From Thermoleophilia bacterium (GTDB taxonomy: Bacteria > Actinomycetota > Thermoleophilia > RBG-16-64-13), in assembly GCA_027493445.1 (NCBI GenBank), contig JAOSKU010000001.1, positions 1,136,715 through 1,200,714 on the forward strand: 64,000 nucleotides of DNA, written 5' to 3'. The notes beneath the pieces are model-generated. The model was not told the DNA's origin and ran no database searches. It was given only the letters and a program-made list of their open reading frames with translations. This document shows, in pieces, positions 19,091-29,818 of the stretch (position 1 is its first letter; each line of letters opens with the position of its first letter). A program made the translations under genes and the position numbers.

Positions 19091-20049
19091 TCAGCCGCCG
19101 CGGTCCTCAGTTCGACCTGAACCCTCCGCCCGTGGGAGAGTCTCCGCGCCGCCGGGCTCCGGAGGCGCCGGGACGGGGGGCTCGGCTCCGGCTGGCGCCT
19201 GCCCGGGCGGCTGGGGTGCGAAGGAAGGCGCCGAACCTACGGCGGCAGGCGCCGAACCGAGAGCCGGGGCTGACTCCGGCGCGAAGCGCCGGCGCAGCAG
19301 CAACACGGCCGCGAGGACGACAGCACCCACGGCCAGTAAAGCCACGACGACTACCAGCGAGATCGTGCCCCAGTTGTACGCCACACTTTGGGCGTGCATC
19401 TCGGTCACCCCCGAAAGCGAAGGTCTCCAGATCAGCGTAGTGCCTTCCACGGCGGTGGCGTTGTTGTCTTTGATCGACCCGGGAAGGGTGAGCCTGTTCT
19501 GGATCTCGAAGATGCTCGCAAGCGCCTGCGGGTTCAGGTCACCCGGAGCTCCCTGCTCCACCCCGGAGAGCACCGCGCCAACGTCCCATGTCGCCTGGAA
19601 GATCGTCTTGGCGCCGAAGAAGCCCCTTTCTTGAGACAGCTCGAACTGCTGGGCGGCGAAGGCATCCCCGGGGCCCCCACTCGCGGCGGTCAACAGATCA
19701 TGGAGCTCGGATGGATCCCCGAACGCCTTGGACGCGGTCACCCACTTCGTACCATCGGCGTCGGTGCCACGATCGATCGCCCAATCGGCCGGCATCTGAC
19801 TCTCGAAATCGCCGAAGAAGTCCTCGCCGCCCCCTGCTGCTGGATGAGATCGAGGATCTCCTTGTCGGCCGCGATCCGCACGCCGAGGGTACCCGAGCCA
19901 TCTTTCTCGACCTTGGTGTCCAACCCCATCTCGATCTTGCAGCCGGTCAGCAGGAGTACCAGGCTGAGAAGGACAAGCAGGAATCCGCCCCCAGCGACGC
20001 CACGGAGACACTCGGTATGGGGTCGGGTGGTGCGGCCGCGGTCCCTCAC
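19091..20049 (-). CDS. LppM/DUF3153-like lipoprotein with C-terminal TM (one apparent frameshift near 19832)
   Basis: Lipobox LTGC-KIEMGLDTKVEKDGSG in one frame; LTLPGSIKDNNA...LIW plus a TM in the other, joined at a G-run. Confidence 0.65.
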
Positions 20050-20219
20050 GTAGGCCTCCTTGAGTCAGATTCGCGCTCGGTTCGAGCCCGCAGCGCGATC
20101 CGGCGGTTGCGGATGTAGTAGCCGGTGAACACGGCGAAAAAGGCCACGGCCACAAAGCCGATCACGATGGCCAGCACCTGGAGGAATCCCAGCATCATCG
20201 TGTCCGTCCGCCCGCCCAT
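20046..20219 (-). CDS. Small single-TM protein
   Basis: Hydrophobic stretch followed by a basic tail; stop overlaps the next gene's start. Confidence 0.5.
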   Translation of the reverse strand: MGGRTDTMMLGFLQVLAIVIGFVAVAFFAVFTGYYIRNRRIALRARTERESDSRRPT

Positions 20220-20268
20220 GAGGTAGCCATACGCGTCCCTTCCCTTACTACCTAATGCGGTCATTTTG

Positions 20269-20470
20269 GAGCTCGGCTCGAAACGAAGCCCCGGCCCCCA
20301 AGCCGCACTGGCCGGTGCGATGCGGTGTCCTCGGTCGCGTCCGTAGCGCTGCTACGCCCGCTCCCTGCGTCCGTGCCTCGCCCGCACCCAGCGCACCCTG
20401 GCAGCGAAGCGTCGTTCCGAACCGAGCTCTGGAGCTCGCCTCGGAACGAAGCCCCGGCCCCCGCAGCCGC
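20269..20470. mobile_element. MITE-like palindromic repeat, copy 2 (20269-20429, inverted) plus a partial tandem copy
   Basis: Ends GAGCTCGGCTCGAAACGA...TCGTTCCGAACCGAGCTC; core is the reverse complement of copy 1; a second end begins at 20432. Confidence 0.7.
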
Positions 20471-20673
20471 CCTGGGCGGCCGCGACCCACCACGCACAGG
20501 CTATCGCCCCAGGACGACCGAGTCCAGTACCATAGGGAAATCTGGTCTGGGAACGGCGCCTGGCGCTTGCATAAGAGGCCGGAATATTGTATGCAGTATG
20601 CCGAACTCATTCAGGAGACTAGGCGGACGCGGCGGGTACGGCTCGGAGCAGCTCGGAACGGAGGGATCGACGC

Positions 20674-22056
20674 GTGGACACCATCATCACCAACGGCACG
20701 ATCGTCAACGCCACCGGGGCGTGCCGGGCCGACGTCGCGATCAAGGACGGCCTGATCGCCGCCGTGGGGAACGGGCTGACAGCCGGCGACGCCCGGATGA
20801 TCGATGCCGGAGGGGCCTACGTCCTCCCGGGCGGAGTAGACGCGCACACGCACCTGGACATGCCCTTCGGCGGCACAGTCTCCTGCGACGACTTCCGCAC
20901 GGGCACCAGGGCGGCGGCAGTCGGGGGTACCACCGCCATCGTCGACTTCGCCATCCAGGCCAAGGGTGACACCCTGGCCGACACGCTGGCGGCCTGGAAA
21001 GCCAAGGCCGAGGGCCGGGCGGTCATCGACTATGGGTTGCATGTGGCCGTCACCGATCTGACCGGCGACGCGCTCGCCGAGATGCCGGCCATGGTGGACG
21101 CCGGCGTGTCCAGCTTCAAGTTCTTCATGGCCTATAAGGACGCGCTCATGGTCGACGACGCCACTCTGCTCCGCGCGCTGAAGAAGGCCAGGGAATGCGG
21201 CGCTTTGATCAGCGTACACGCCGAGAATGGCGACGTCATCGACGTACTGGTTAAGGAGCACCTGGCCGCGGGCAAGAGCCACCCCAGGTATCACGCCGTG
21301 ACCCGGCCCCCCGAGGCCGAGGGCGAGGCCACCGGTCGGGCCATCTTCCTGGCCGGACTGGCGGGAGCGCCCATCTACATCGTTCACCTGAGCTGCAAGG
21401 ATGCTCTCGACCAGGTGCGGGCCGCCCGTGACCGGGGTGCGCCCGTGTACGCCGAGACCTGCCCGCAGTACCTGGCGCTCTCCGTGGAAAGGTACGACGA
21501 GCCCGGATTCCAGGGCGCCAAGTACGTTTGCTCACCCCCGCTGCGCGACCGCGCCAACTGGGCCGAGCTGTGGGCCGGACTCTCCGCCGGCGACCTGCAC
21601 GTCGTGGCCACCGACCACTGCCCGTTCAACTTCGAGGGGCAGAAGGACCTCGGTCTGGGCGACTTCTCGAAGATCCCGAACGGCGCCCCCGGCATCGAGC
21701 ACCGACTCCTGCTGCTGCATACTCTGGGCGTGGCCGGCGGGCGCATCTCCCTGGCCAAGCTGGTTGACCTGTTCTCCACGACCCCAGCGAAGCTCTTCGG
21801 CATGTTCCCGCAGAAGGGGGTTGTCGCCCCCGGCAGCGACGCCGACCTGGTCATCTTCGACCCCGAGGCCCGGGGCACCATCACAGCTGCGGCTCAAACC
21901 CAGAACATCGACTACACGCCCTACGAGGGGATGGACGTCAAGGGCGCCGTGCGCACAGTGCTGCAGCGCGGCCGGATCGTGGCTCAGGACGGCGCCTTCG
22001 TGGGTGCCGACGCGGCCGGGAAGTACCTGCACCGTAAACCGTTCGCCGCCGTCTGA
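20674..22056 (+). CDS. hydA: Dihydropyrimidinase (D-hydantoinase)
   Basis: PGGVDAHTH, GGTT, SFKFFMAY, VHAENG, ETCPQYL, SPPLR, TDHCPF, IPNG. Confidence 0.95.
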   Translation: MDTIITNGTIVNATGACRADVAIKDGLIAAVGNGLTAGDARMIDAGGAYVLPGGVDAHTHLDMPFGGTVSCDDFRTGTRAAAVGGTTAIVDFAIQAKGDTLADTLAAWKAKAEGRAVIDYGLHVAVTDLTGDALAEMPAMVDAGVSSFKFFMAYKDALMVDDATLLRALKKARECGALISVHAENGDVIDVLVKEHLAAGKSHPRYHAVTRPPEAEGEATGRAIFLAGLAGAPIYIVHLSCKDALDQVRAARDRGAPVYAETCPQYLALSVERYDEPGFQGAKYVCSPPLRDRANWAELWAGLSAGDLHVVATDHCPFNFEGQKDLGLGDFSKIPNGAPGIEHRLLLLHTLGVAGGRISLAKLVDLFSTTPAKLFGMFPQKGVVAPGSDADLVIFDPEARGTITAAAQTQNIDYTPYEGMDVKGAVRTVLQRGRIVAQDGAFVGADAAGKYLHRKPFAAV

Positions 22057-22075
22057 CGCGAACCGAGGGGGACAC

Positions 22076-23293
22076 GTGACACGCACCAGGCTCAAGACCA
22101 CATTCAACAACATCGAGCTGGAGAACCCGTTTCTGCTGGCCTCGGCTCCACCCACGCGTACCGCGGACATGATCAAACGGGCCTTCGAGGCCGGCTGGGG
22201 CGGGGCGGTCACCAAGACCATCGGTCTGCAGGGCGCCACCAACGTGCGCCCTCGGTTCGGATTCTTGAAGGAGCGAGCTCGTGTCGTAGGCATGACCAAC
22301 TTCGAGTTGATCTCGGAGAAGGGCCTGGATCTGTGGGTGGAGGCCATCGGCGACGTCAAGGCGTGCTTCCCCGACCGGCCCCTGGTGGCCAGCATCATGG
22401 GCTCGGTGGAATTCGCCGAGTGGGAGATCCTGGCATTAGCCGTGCAGTCCGCGGGCGCCGACGCCATCGAGCTCAACGTCTCTTGCCCCCATGGCATGCC
22501 CGAGCAGCATATGGGCGCCTTCATGGACCAAGACCCGGCGCTGATCAAGGGTGCCACCGCCGCCGTCGCCGCCGCGGCCAGAGTGCCGGTCTGGGTGAAG
22601 CTCACGCCCAACGTCACGGACATCGCGAGCATGGCCCTCGCGGCTAAGGAGGAGGGCGCCGACGCCATTGCCGCCATCAACACGGTGGCCGGCCTCGTCG
22701 GCATCGACCTCGACACGTTCGAACCCATCCCCTCCGTTTCCCGCAGGGGTGCCTACGGCGGGTACTCGGGGCGCGGCGTGAAGCCCATCGCGCTCCGGGC
22801 GGTCTCGACGATCGCCGCCACGACCGCCTTGCCGGTGAGCGGCTGCGGGGGGATCACCTGCTGGGAGGACGCCGCCGAGTTCATCCTGGCCGGAGCCGGC
22901 ACCCTGCAGGTCTGCACGGCCGTCATGCTGAACGGGTTCGGGTTGATCCGGGATCTCGAGCGAGGTCTCGAGGAATATCTGGAGAGAAAGGGCTTCGATA
23001 CGCTCTCCGACGCCGTAGGCCGGGCCCTGCCCCACATCGGCGACTACGCCTCCCTCGATCCGGATGTGGACGCGTACGCCCGGGTGCTCTCCGAGAAGTG
23101 CAACGCCTGCGGCAACTGCGTGCCGGCCTGTTTCGACGGCGGCTTCCAAGCCATCAGCATGAACGGTGAGGCGGCCCGCGTCGACGCCGAGCTGTGCGAC
23201 GGTTGCGGCCTCTGCGCATCTGTCTGCCGGGTGGGAGCCATCGAGATGGTGCCGGGCCATCGCCCGCCCAGCACGGCCGAGGCTTCGTCTTGA
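22076..23293 (+). CDS. preA: Dihydropyrimidine dehydrogenase subunit PreA with C-terminal 2x[4Fe-4S]
   Basis: NPFLLASAPPT, GWGGAVTKT, ELNVSCPHGM, KLTPN, GGYSG, CNACGNC...CDGCGLC; GTG 22076. Confidence 0.92.
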   Translation: MTRTRLKTTFNNIELENPFLLASAPPTRTADMIKRAFEAGWGGAVTKTIGLQGATNVRPRFGFLKERARVVGMTNFELISEKGLDLWVEAIGDVKACFPDRPLVASIMGSVEFAEWEILALAVQSAGADAIELNVSCPHGMPEQHMGAFMDQDPALIKGATAAVAAAARVPVWVKLTPNVTDIASMALAAKEEGADAIAAINTVAGLVGIDLDTFEPIPSVSRRGAYGGYSGRGVKPIALRAVSTIAATTALPVSGCGGITCWEDAAEFILAGAGTLQVCTAVMLNGFGLIRDLERGLEEYLERKGFDTLSDAVGRALPHIGDYASLDPDVDAYARVLSEKCNACGNCVPACFDGGFQAISMNGEAARVDAELCDGCGLCASVCRVGAIEMVPGHRPPSTAEASS

Positions 23294-23371
23294 AACGAAC
23301 TCCAAGGCCAGCAGGAAAGGCACTGAATACAACCGCGCTGCGCGCGTAGCCATAGTCACGGCGAATCCACT

Positions 23372-24877
23372 TTGCAGGGGGAGACGTTGAACAAGGAACA
23401 GGCAGCACAGATGGTGAGGACGAAGGCCGGGCTCTACGAGCTCACCGCCGACGTCTCCAGCAGCCCGCTGTACAACCACGACATCGGGCCCACGAAGGTC
23501 GCCAAGCGCACCTGGTCGACCTACAACATCGCCGCGCTCTGGATCGGCATGAGCGTGTGCATCCCCACGTACATGCTCGCTGCCGGCCTGGTAGCCGGCG
23601 GCATGAGCGCCTGGCAGGCCGTATTCACGGTTATGCTGGGCAATGTCATCGTCCTGATTCCCATGGTCCTGAACGCAGTGCCCGGAACCAAGTTCGGTAT
23701 TCCCTTCCCGGTACTTGTGCGTTCAAGTTTCGGAACCCTCGGCTCCAACGTTCCCGCGCTGCTGCGAGCCGGCGTGGCCTGCGGCTGGTTTGGCATCCAG
23801 ACCTGGATCGGCGGCTCGGCCCTCAACGCCATGATGCTGGCTCTCTTCAGCGGTTGGCCGGCGGAGGGCGCGGGCAAGTGGATCGCCTTCTTCGTCTTCT
23901 GGGTCATCAATGTGCTCATCATCGTCCGCGGCATGGAGACCCTGAAGCGCTTCGAGTCCTGGGCGGCCCCCATTCTCATCGTCTTCGGGCTCGCCGTTCT
24001 CATCTGGGGCATGGGCAAGGCCGGCGGCCTTGGCCCCATCATGTCCGAGCCCAGCAAGTTCGCCAGCTTCGGCGAGTTCTGGAAGTTCTTCGTGCCCGGC
24101 CTGACCGGCATGGTGGCCTTCTGGGCCACCCTGTCCTTGAACATCCCTGACTTCAGCCGCTTCGCCCGCGATCAGAAGGCGCAGATCACCGGACAGGCGC
24201 TCGGGCTGCCCACCACGATGACCCTCTACGCTTTCATCGGCGTGGCCGTGACCTCGGCCACCGTCATCATCTACGGCGAAGCCCTCTGGGACCCGGTGGC
24301 CGTGCTCGGCAAGTTCGAGAACCCCTTGGTGATCGTGTTCGGCATGTTCTGGCTGGCGGTGGCCACCCTCTCCACCAACATCGCGGCAAACGTGGTGTCA
24401 CCGGCAAACGACTTCCAGAACCTGTGGCCTAAGAAGATCAACTTCGCCATCGGCGGCATCATCACGTCCGTCATCGGCATCGTGATCATGCCCTGGAAGC
24501 TGCTGAGCGACTACGGCGCGTACATCTTCAACTGGCTCGGCACCTATGGCGGCCTCCTTGGCCCCATCGCCGGCATCATGATCTGCGACTACTACCTCAT
24601 CCGCAAAGGCAAGCTGAACGTCCACGACCTGTACGTGCGCGGCGGCGAGTACGAGTACAGCGGCGGCTTCAACTGGAAGGCCATCGCCGCCTTCGTCATC
24701 GGGGCGGGGGTCACTCTCATCGGCAAGTGGGTCGATCCGCTCAAGTGGCTGGCCGACTACTCCTGGTTCATAGGTTTCGCCATCGGCTTCGTCCTGTATT
24801 GGGCCCTGATGCGCAGCACCGAGGAGATCGACCTGAGCTTGGTCCCCGAACGGGACGCGTTGCCGGAAGCCGAGTAG
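23372..24877 (+). CDS. NCS1 nucleobase:cation symporter
   Basis: WIGMSVCIPTY, GIPFPV, CGWFGIQTW, LNIPDFSR, NIAANVVSPAN. Confidence 0.93.
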   Translation: MQGETLNKEQAAQMVRTKAGLYELTADVSSSPLYNHDIGPTKVAKRTWSTYNIAALWIGMSVCIPTYMLAAGLVAGGMSAWQAVFTVMLGNVIVLIPMVLNAVPGTKFGIPFPVLVRSSFGTLGSNVPALLRAGVACGWFGIQTWIGGSALNAMMLALFSGWPAEGAGKWIAFFVFWVINVLIIVRGMETLKRFESWAAPILIVFGLAVLIWGMGKAGGLGPIMSEPSKFASFGEFWKFFVPGLTGMVAFWATLSLNIPDFSRFARDQKAQITGQALGLPTTMTLYAFIGVAVTSATVIIYGEALWDPVAVLGKFENPLVIVFGMFWLAVATLSTNIAANVVSPANDFQNLWPKKINFAIGGIITSVIGIVIMPWKLLSDYGAYIFNWLGTYGGLLGPIAGIMICDYYLIRKGKLNVHDLYVRGGEYEYSGGFNWKAIAAFVIGAGVTLIGKWVDPLKWLADYSWFIGFAIGFVLYWALMRSTEEIDLSLVPERDALPEAE

Positions 24878-24920
24878 CCCCAAGCTCAGACACGCAACAA
24901 CCCCGAGGAGGTCAAGAGCG

Positions 24921-26141
24921 TTGGAACGGCTCATCGAGACGGCCCGTGGCTTTGAAGACGACATGGTCGCCTTCGCCCAGAAGCTGATCCAGACTCCGAG
25001 CATATCCGGTGAGGAGGGCGCCGTGGCCCAGCTCATCTGCGCGGAGATGGAGAAACTCGGCTACGACGAGGTCTACACCGACGACATCGGCAACACCGTC
25101 GGCCTCATCCGAGGCGCCGGCGATGGTCCGACCGTCAACTACAACAGCCACATGGACCACGTCGACCCGGGCGACCCCGCCAACTGGGAGTATGAGCCCT
25201 ACGGCGCCACCATCGCCGGCGGCCACATCCACGGCCGAGCGGCGAGCGACGTCAAGGGCGGCCTGGCCTCGCAAGTCTACGCGGGCGCGGTCTTGGCCAA
25301 GTCGGGCCTTCCCTTCCGTGGCACCTACATGTTCACGGGCGTCGTCCAGGAGGAACCGGCCGAGTGCTTCGGCATGCAGTACCTCGTGGACGAGACGCTC
25401 CCCTCCAAGGGGCAAATGTTCGACGTCATGATCACCAGCGAGGCAACCTCGCTCAACCTCTATCTGGGCCACCGCGGCCGGTTGGAGATGGAGGTCACCA
25501 CCTATGGGCGCACGAGCCACGGCTCGGCGCCCCAGCTGGGCATCAACGCCATCACGAAGATGATGCCCATCCTGGCGGCGGTGGACAGAATGGCCGCCGA
25601 TCTTCCCCGGCACGCCTTCCTGGGACAGTCCTCGATCGCCCCCACCATCATCAACTGCAGCCCCGGACGGCTGAGCATCATCCCCGACCGCTGCACCGTG
25701 TCACTCGACCGGCGTTTCCTCCCCGAGGAGAAGATCGAGGACGTGCTCGGTCAGATCGACGCCATCGTCGCCTCGCTGTCCAAGGACGACCCCGAGTTGA
25801 AGGCGGCGGTTGCCATCCGCGAGGCCGAGGAGACCAGCTACCGGGGCTACACGAGAGTGATGCGCAAGCTGATGGCTCCCTTCATGACCCCTCAGGAGAG
25901 CGCAGAGGTACAGGCCTGCGTGCGCGGCCTGCGGGCCATAGGCCAGAGCCCGAGCTATGGCACCTGGTACTTCAACACCGACGCCAGCTATGTGAGCGGC
26001 GACAAGGGCATCCCCACCATCGGCTACTCGCCGGGAGAGGAGCACTACGCACACACGCCCAAAGACCGCATCAGCCTCGATCTGCTGCTTGGCTCACTGC
26101 CCGGGAACGCGGCCATCGCCGCCGCGTTCCTGGGCATTTGA
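24921..26141 (+). CDS. M20/DapE-family amidohydrolase (YgeY-like)
   Basis: SHMDHV, GRAASDVKGG, VQEE, SE, GHRGR, SHGS, PGEEHYAH. Confidence 0.85.
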   Translation: MERLIETARGFEDDMVAFAQKLIQTPSISGEEGAVAQLICAEMEKLGYDEVYTDDIGNTVGLIRGAGDGPTVNYNSHMDHVDPGDPANWEYEPYGATIAGGHIHGRAASDVKGGLASQVYAGAVLAKSGLPFRGTYMFTGVVQEEPAECFGMQYLVDETLPSKGQMFDVMITSEATSLNLYLGHRGRLEMEVTTYGRTSHGSAPQLGINAITKMMPILAAVDRMAADLPRHAFLGQSSIAPTIINCSPGRLSIIPDRCTVSLDRRFLPEEKIEDVLGQIDAIVASLSKDDPELKAAVAIREAEETSYRGYTRVMRKLMAPFMTPQESAEVQACVRGLRAIGQSPSYGTWYFNTDASYVSGDKGIPTIGYSPGEEHYAHTPKDRISLDLLLGSLPGNAAIAAAFLGI

Positions 26142-26168
26142 GGCACCGGGACCGGGGGGAGCAGGCGC

Positions 26169-26870
26169 TTGAAGGGATCGCCATTGGAGCATCGTACACT
26201 GCACGAGCAGGTCACCGAGACGGTCCGCAAGATGATCATGGATGGACGCCTCCCGGAAGGGCAGCGCATCAATGAAGTGGAGCTGGCCGCCGAACTCGGA
26301 GTGAGCCGCACGCCGCTGCGAGAGACGCTGCGCGTGCTTTCCACCGAGGGCATGGTCGAGCTCATCCCCCGCCGGGGCGCCTTCGTGCCTGTGGTCTCGC
26401 TCGACGAGGCCATGGACATGCTCGAGGTCATGGCCGTCCTCGAGGGTCTCTGTGCCCGCCTGGTGGTGGAGCGGTGCTCTCGCCGCGACATGCAGCGGCT
26501 CCACAACCTGCACGAGCGCCTCGAGCGCACGGCCGCCCAGCTGGAAGTGGACCAGTACTTCCGCTACAACGAGCAGTTCCACGGGCTCCTGCAAGACGCG
26601 GCCCGCAACGCCCTGCTCTCCGAGACCCTGGTCGTGGTGCGCCGGAAAGTCCGGCGGTTCCGTTTCCAGACCTTGGGGGTCCCCGGACGGCTGCGCGACT
26701 CGATTGCCGAGCACCGCGGCCTGCTGCAAGCCCTGAAGGAGCGCGCACCTGACGAAGCGGAGCGCCTCATGCGGGCGCATCTGCTTAGCCAGAGGGACGC
26801 CTTGGGCCGCCTCGGTCAAACCCTGATGGCCGGTCCGGGGCCGGAAGGAGAGGATATGGACACCTTCTGA
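26169..26870 (+). CDS. GntR-family regulator (FCD domain)
   Basis: ELGVSRTPLRE, NEQFH, EH...H. Confidence 0.92.
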   Translation: MKGSPLEHRTLHEQVTETVRKMIMDGRLPEGQRINEVELAAELGVSRTPLRETLRVLSTEGMVELIPRRGAFVPVVSLDEAMDMLEVMAVLEGLCARLVVERCSRRDMQRLHNLHERLERTAAQLEVDQYFRYNEQFHGLLQDAARNALLSETLVVVRRKVRRFRFQTLGVPGRLRDSIAEHRGLLQALKERAPDEAERLMRAHLLSQRDALGRLGQTLMAGPGPEGEDMDTF

Positions 26871-26920
26871 CCAAGGTCGCCAACCACCGCAGAAACGGGT
26901 AGGGAACCGGGCGGTTCCCA

Positions 26921-27084
26921 AGAACTCGTTTCATGATGACGCTTCGCCGTCAGGCCGCGATGGGCGAGTGCGAGGCAAGGACGCAGGGAGCGCGCGTAGC
27001 GGCGCTACGGGCGCGACCGAGGACGAAGCATCGCGCCGGCCAGTGCGGCCGCGGCGGCCAAGGCTTCATTTTGAAACGAGTTCT
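26921..27084. mobile_element. MITE-like palindromic repeat, copy 3
   Basis: Ends AGAACTCGTTTCA...TGAAACGAGTTCT with the same core; the right end overlaps the aldehyde dehydrogenase stop codon. Confidence 0.75.
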
Positions 27085-28537
27085 AAAGATTGAGGACCAC
27101 CATCTTGAGGTCGGTCATCTCCTCCACGGCGAAATGAGGCCCCTCCCGCCCCAGCCCGCTGCCCTTGACCCCGCCGTAGGGCATGTGATCCACCCGGTAG
27201 TTCGAGGTATCGTTGACCATGATGCCCCCCACCCGCAGAGCCCGCACCGCTGCGAAGGCCGTGTCGAGGCTCTCGGTGAAGATTCCGGCCTGCAGGCCGT
27301 AGGGAGAGTCGTTCACCATGCCGAAGGCCTCGTCCAGGTCGGTGAAGGGCACCAGCGAAACTACGGGAGCGAAGACCTCGCGGCACATGACCTTCATCTC
27401 CGGGCGCACACCGACCAGCACCGTAGGCTGCACCACGGCGCCCTTCCGCGTGCCGCCCACCAGCACCTGAGCGCCGGCCTGCACGGCCTCTTCGATCCAG
27501 CTCTCGGCCCGCTCGGCCTCGGCCTGACTGATCATGGGACCCACGTCGGTAGCCGGATCCAAGGGGTCGCCCACTACCAGGGCCTCGGTGGCGGCCAGGA
27601 AGCGCTCGACGAACTCCCTCCAGCGGGACTGGTGCACATAGAGCCTCTGCACTGACAGGCAGACCTGCCCAGAGTTGGCATACGCGGCGTTCACCACCGC
27701 CGGAAAGACCTTCGCGAAGTCGGCATCCGCCGCCACCACCACGGCCGAATTAGAGCCGAGCTCCAGGATCACGCGCTTGAGGCCGGCACGCGCCAGGATG
27801 CCCCGCCCCACAGCCGGACTGCCGGTGAAGCTCACCACAGCAATCCTCGAGTCGGAGACCAGGGCGTCTCCCACGACGCTGCCCTTGCCGGTCAGGATGT
27901 TCACCGACCCCGCCGGGAACCCAGCCTCTACCAGCAGCCGGCCGAGGTGGAAGGCCGTGAGCGGGGTTGCACTCGCCGGTTTCAGCACCACGCTGTTTCC
28001 GGCCGCCAGCGCGGGAGCCACCTTGTGGGCCACCAGATTCAGCGGGAAGTTGAAGGGCGAGATGGCCGCCACGGGTCCCTTTGGGACGCGAATCCAGAAA
28101 CCCATGCGATTCTCCGCGCCCCGGCCCGCGTCCATGGGGACCGTCTCGCCTTGGATCCGCTTGGCCTCCTCGGCCGCAAAGCGAAAAGTCTGTTCCCCTC
28201 GATCCGCCTCGGCCAGCGCGTACTTGAGGGCTTTGCCCGCTTCGGCGGCAATCGTGCGTCCCAGTACCTCCCGGTCTCGAGCGATGAAGTCGGCGGTCGC
28301 ATTCAGGCGCCTTGCCCGTTCGTGGGCCGGCGTAACCTCCGTCACCGCGAAGGCTTCGCTCGCCGCGCGGACGGCATCCTCCACCTCCTCGGGCGTGGCC
28401 ATGGGGATGTGCGCCAACTCCGAGCCGTCGTAGGGGTTGTACAGCGGATAACTCTCTCCCCGGCTCCTCACCCAGGAGCCCCCAATCAGAAGCCGCTCGG
28501 CGGTCGCTGTCTTGGTCACCATGTCGTCGTCCTCCAT
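27083..28537 (-). CDS. Aldehyde dehydrogenase
   Basis: PFNFP, KPA, FTGS, LELGSN, GQVC, EVFAP, PYGGVKGSG. Confidence 0.94.
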   Translation of the reverse strand: MEDDDMVTKTATAERLLIGGSWVRSRGESYPLYNPYDGSELAHIPMATPEEVEDAVRAASEAFAVTEVTPAHERARRLNATADFIARDREVLGRTIAAEAGKALKYALAEADRGEQTFRFAAEEAKRIQGETVPMDAGRGAENRMGFWIRVPKGPVAAISPFNFPLNLVAHKVAPALAAGNSVVLKPASATPLTAFHLGRLLVEAGFPAGSVNILTGKGSVVGDALVSDSRIAVVSFTGSPAVGRGILARAGLKRVILELGSNSAVVVAADADFAKVFPAVVNAAYANSGQVCLSVQRLYVHQSRWREFVERFLAATEALVVGDPLDPATDVGPMISQAEAERAESWIEEAVQAGAQVLVGGTRKGAVVQPTVLVGVRPEMKVMCREVFAPVVSLVPFTDLDEAFGMVNDSPYGLQAGIFTESLDTAFAAVRALRVGGIMVNDTSNYRVDHMPYGGVKGSGLGREGPHFAVEEMTDLKMVVLNL

Positions 28538-28542
28538 GCGCG

Positions 28543-29817
28543 CTACGCTATCGGGTGTATACCCGCGCCTCGGTCCTGCGAAGCCCCCTGTCGGGCCAGA
28601 GGCGCGTAGAAGACCAGAGCGAGAAGGCCCCCGACGATCGTGAGGGCGAAGGCGGTCGCGTAGGCCTCGGGCGGGTAGTGCCCCTGCGGATCACGGCCGA
28701 AGGAGCCGACGATCACGCCCATGGACCACTGCAGCAAGGCCGTGCCCCCAATGCCGAACAGATTCACGGCTGTGACGGCCCGGCCGGTCATGGACGTGGG
28801 GAATACCGCCCGCACGTGGGCCATGAGCAGAATGTTGGCGGCTCCGGCGACGCCGAACAGCGGGTAGGCCACCCGCACCACCGCCTCCTGCCCCGCGAGC
28901 CCTCCCAGGACGATGGCGCACTGGGCCGCCAGGAAAAAGGCCGGTCGTCGCAACCAGCACCCTCTGCTTGCCGAACCGTTCGGCCAGCCACCCGCTGGAG
29001 AGATACCCCACGAGCGCCCCGGCCGATAGGGAGACCAGCACGTTGCCGACCTCGATCTGGGGCATGCGCAGCACGTCGTAGAGCAAGGGCCCGCCCCACA
29101 ACCCCTGCACCGAGAGCAGGGTACCGACCAGGAAAAAGTCCAGCAGGGCGATGCGCCAGAAACGCAGGTCGCGGAAAACGTCGGCCAGTCCCCCGGTCCG
29201 ATCTCCTCCGGCGCGCCAGTCGACGCCCGGCGGGGCATTCCGTACCCAAGCGACGATGGTCCCGGAGCTGACCGCTACCAGGAGGCTGCCCCCAGGAAAA
29301 CGCTACGCCAGCCGAAGGTCTGGTTGAACCAGGCGAGAGGCGTGCCCGCCCCCAAAGCCCCCAAGGCGCCCATCCCTACCAGGTAGCCCGAGGCCGTGGC
29401 GAACTTGCCCACCGAGAACCACCGGCTGAAGACCTTGAGCGACCCCATGTAGACACCGGCCATGCCCGCACCGATGAGAGCCCGTCCCAGAGCCAGCTGA
29501 GCGAACCCGTGGGCCGTGCCGAAGAGCAGGCTGCCCAGGGCGGTCACCAGCATGAGGCCGGGAGTGACATAGCGGGGACCGAAGCGGTCCAGGGCCGCGC
29601 CCAGAGGAAGCTGCACAGCCGCGAAGCTGACGTAGAACAGGCTGGTCATGAGACCCAGGTGTGAGGCCGATAGGGAGAGGTCGGCGCTCAGGTCCTTGGC
29701 GATGACCGCGTTGGTCGAGCGGTAGAACTGGGAGAGGAAGTAAGCGGCGGCGAGGACGGCGAAGATGGCCGTGCGACGGGAGAGGATACCGTTCGGCGAG
29801 CCGAGCCCCAAGGGCAT
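28543..29817 (-). CDS. MFS transporter (two apparent homopolymer frameshifts, near 29290 and 28936)
   Basis: LDRFGPR motif A; hydrophobic frames join at a G-run and a T-run. Confidence 0.8.
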
Positions 29818-29818
29818 G

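Noticed and set aside
28552-28565. CGGGTGTATACCCG near-palindrome as a GntR operator for the aldehyde dehydrogenase
   Set aside because: Single occurrence inside the MFS coding end; similarity to TGTATGCA upstream of hydA is too weak to support.
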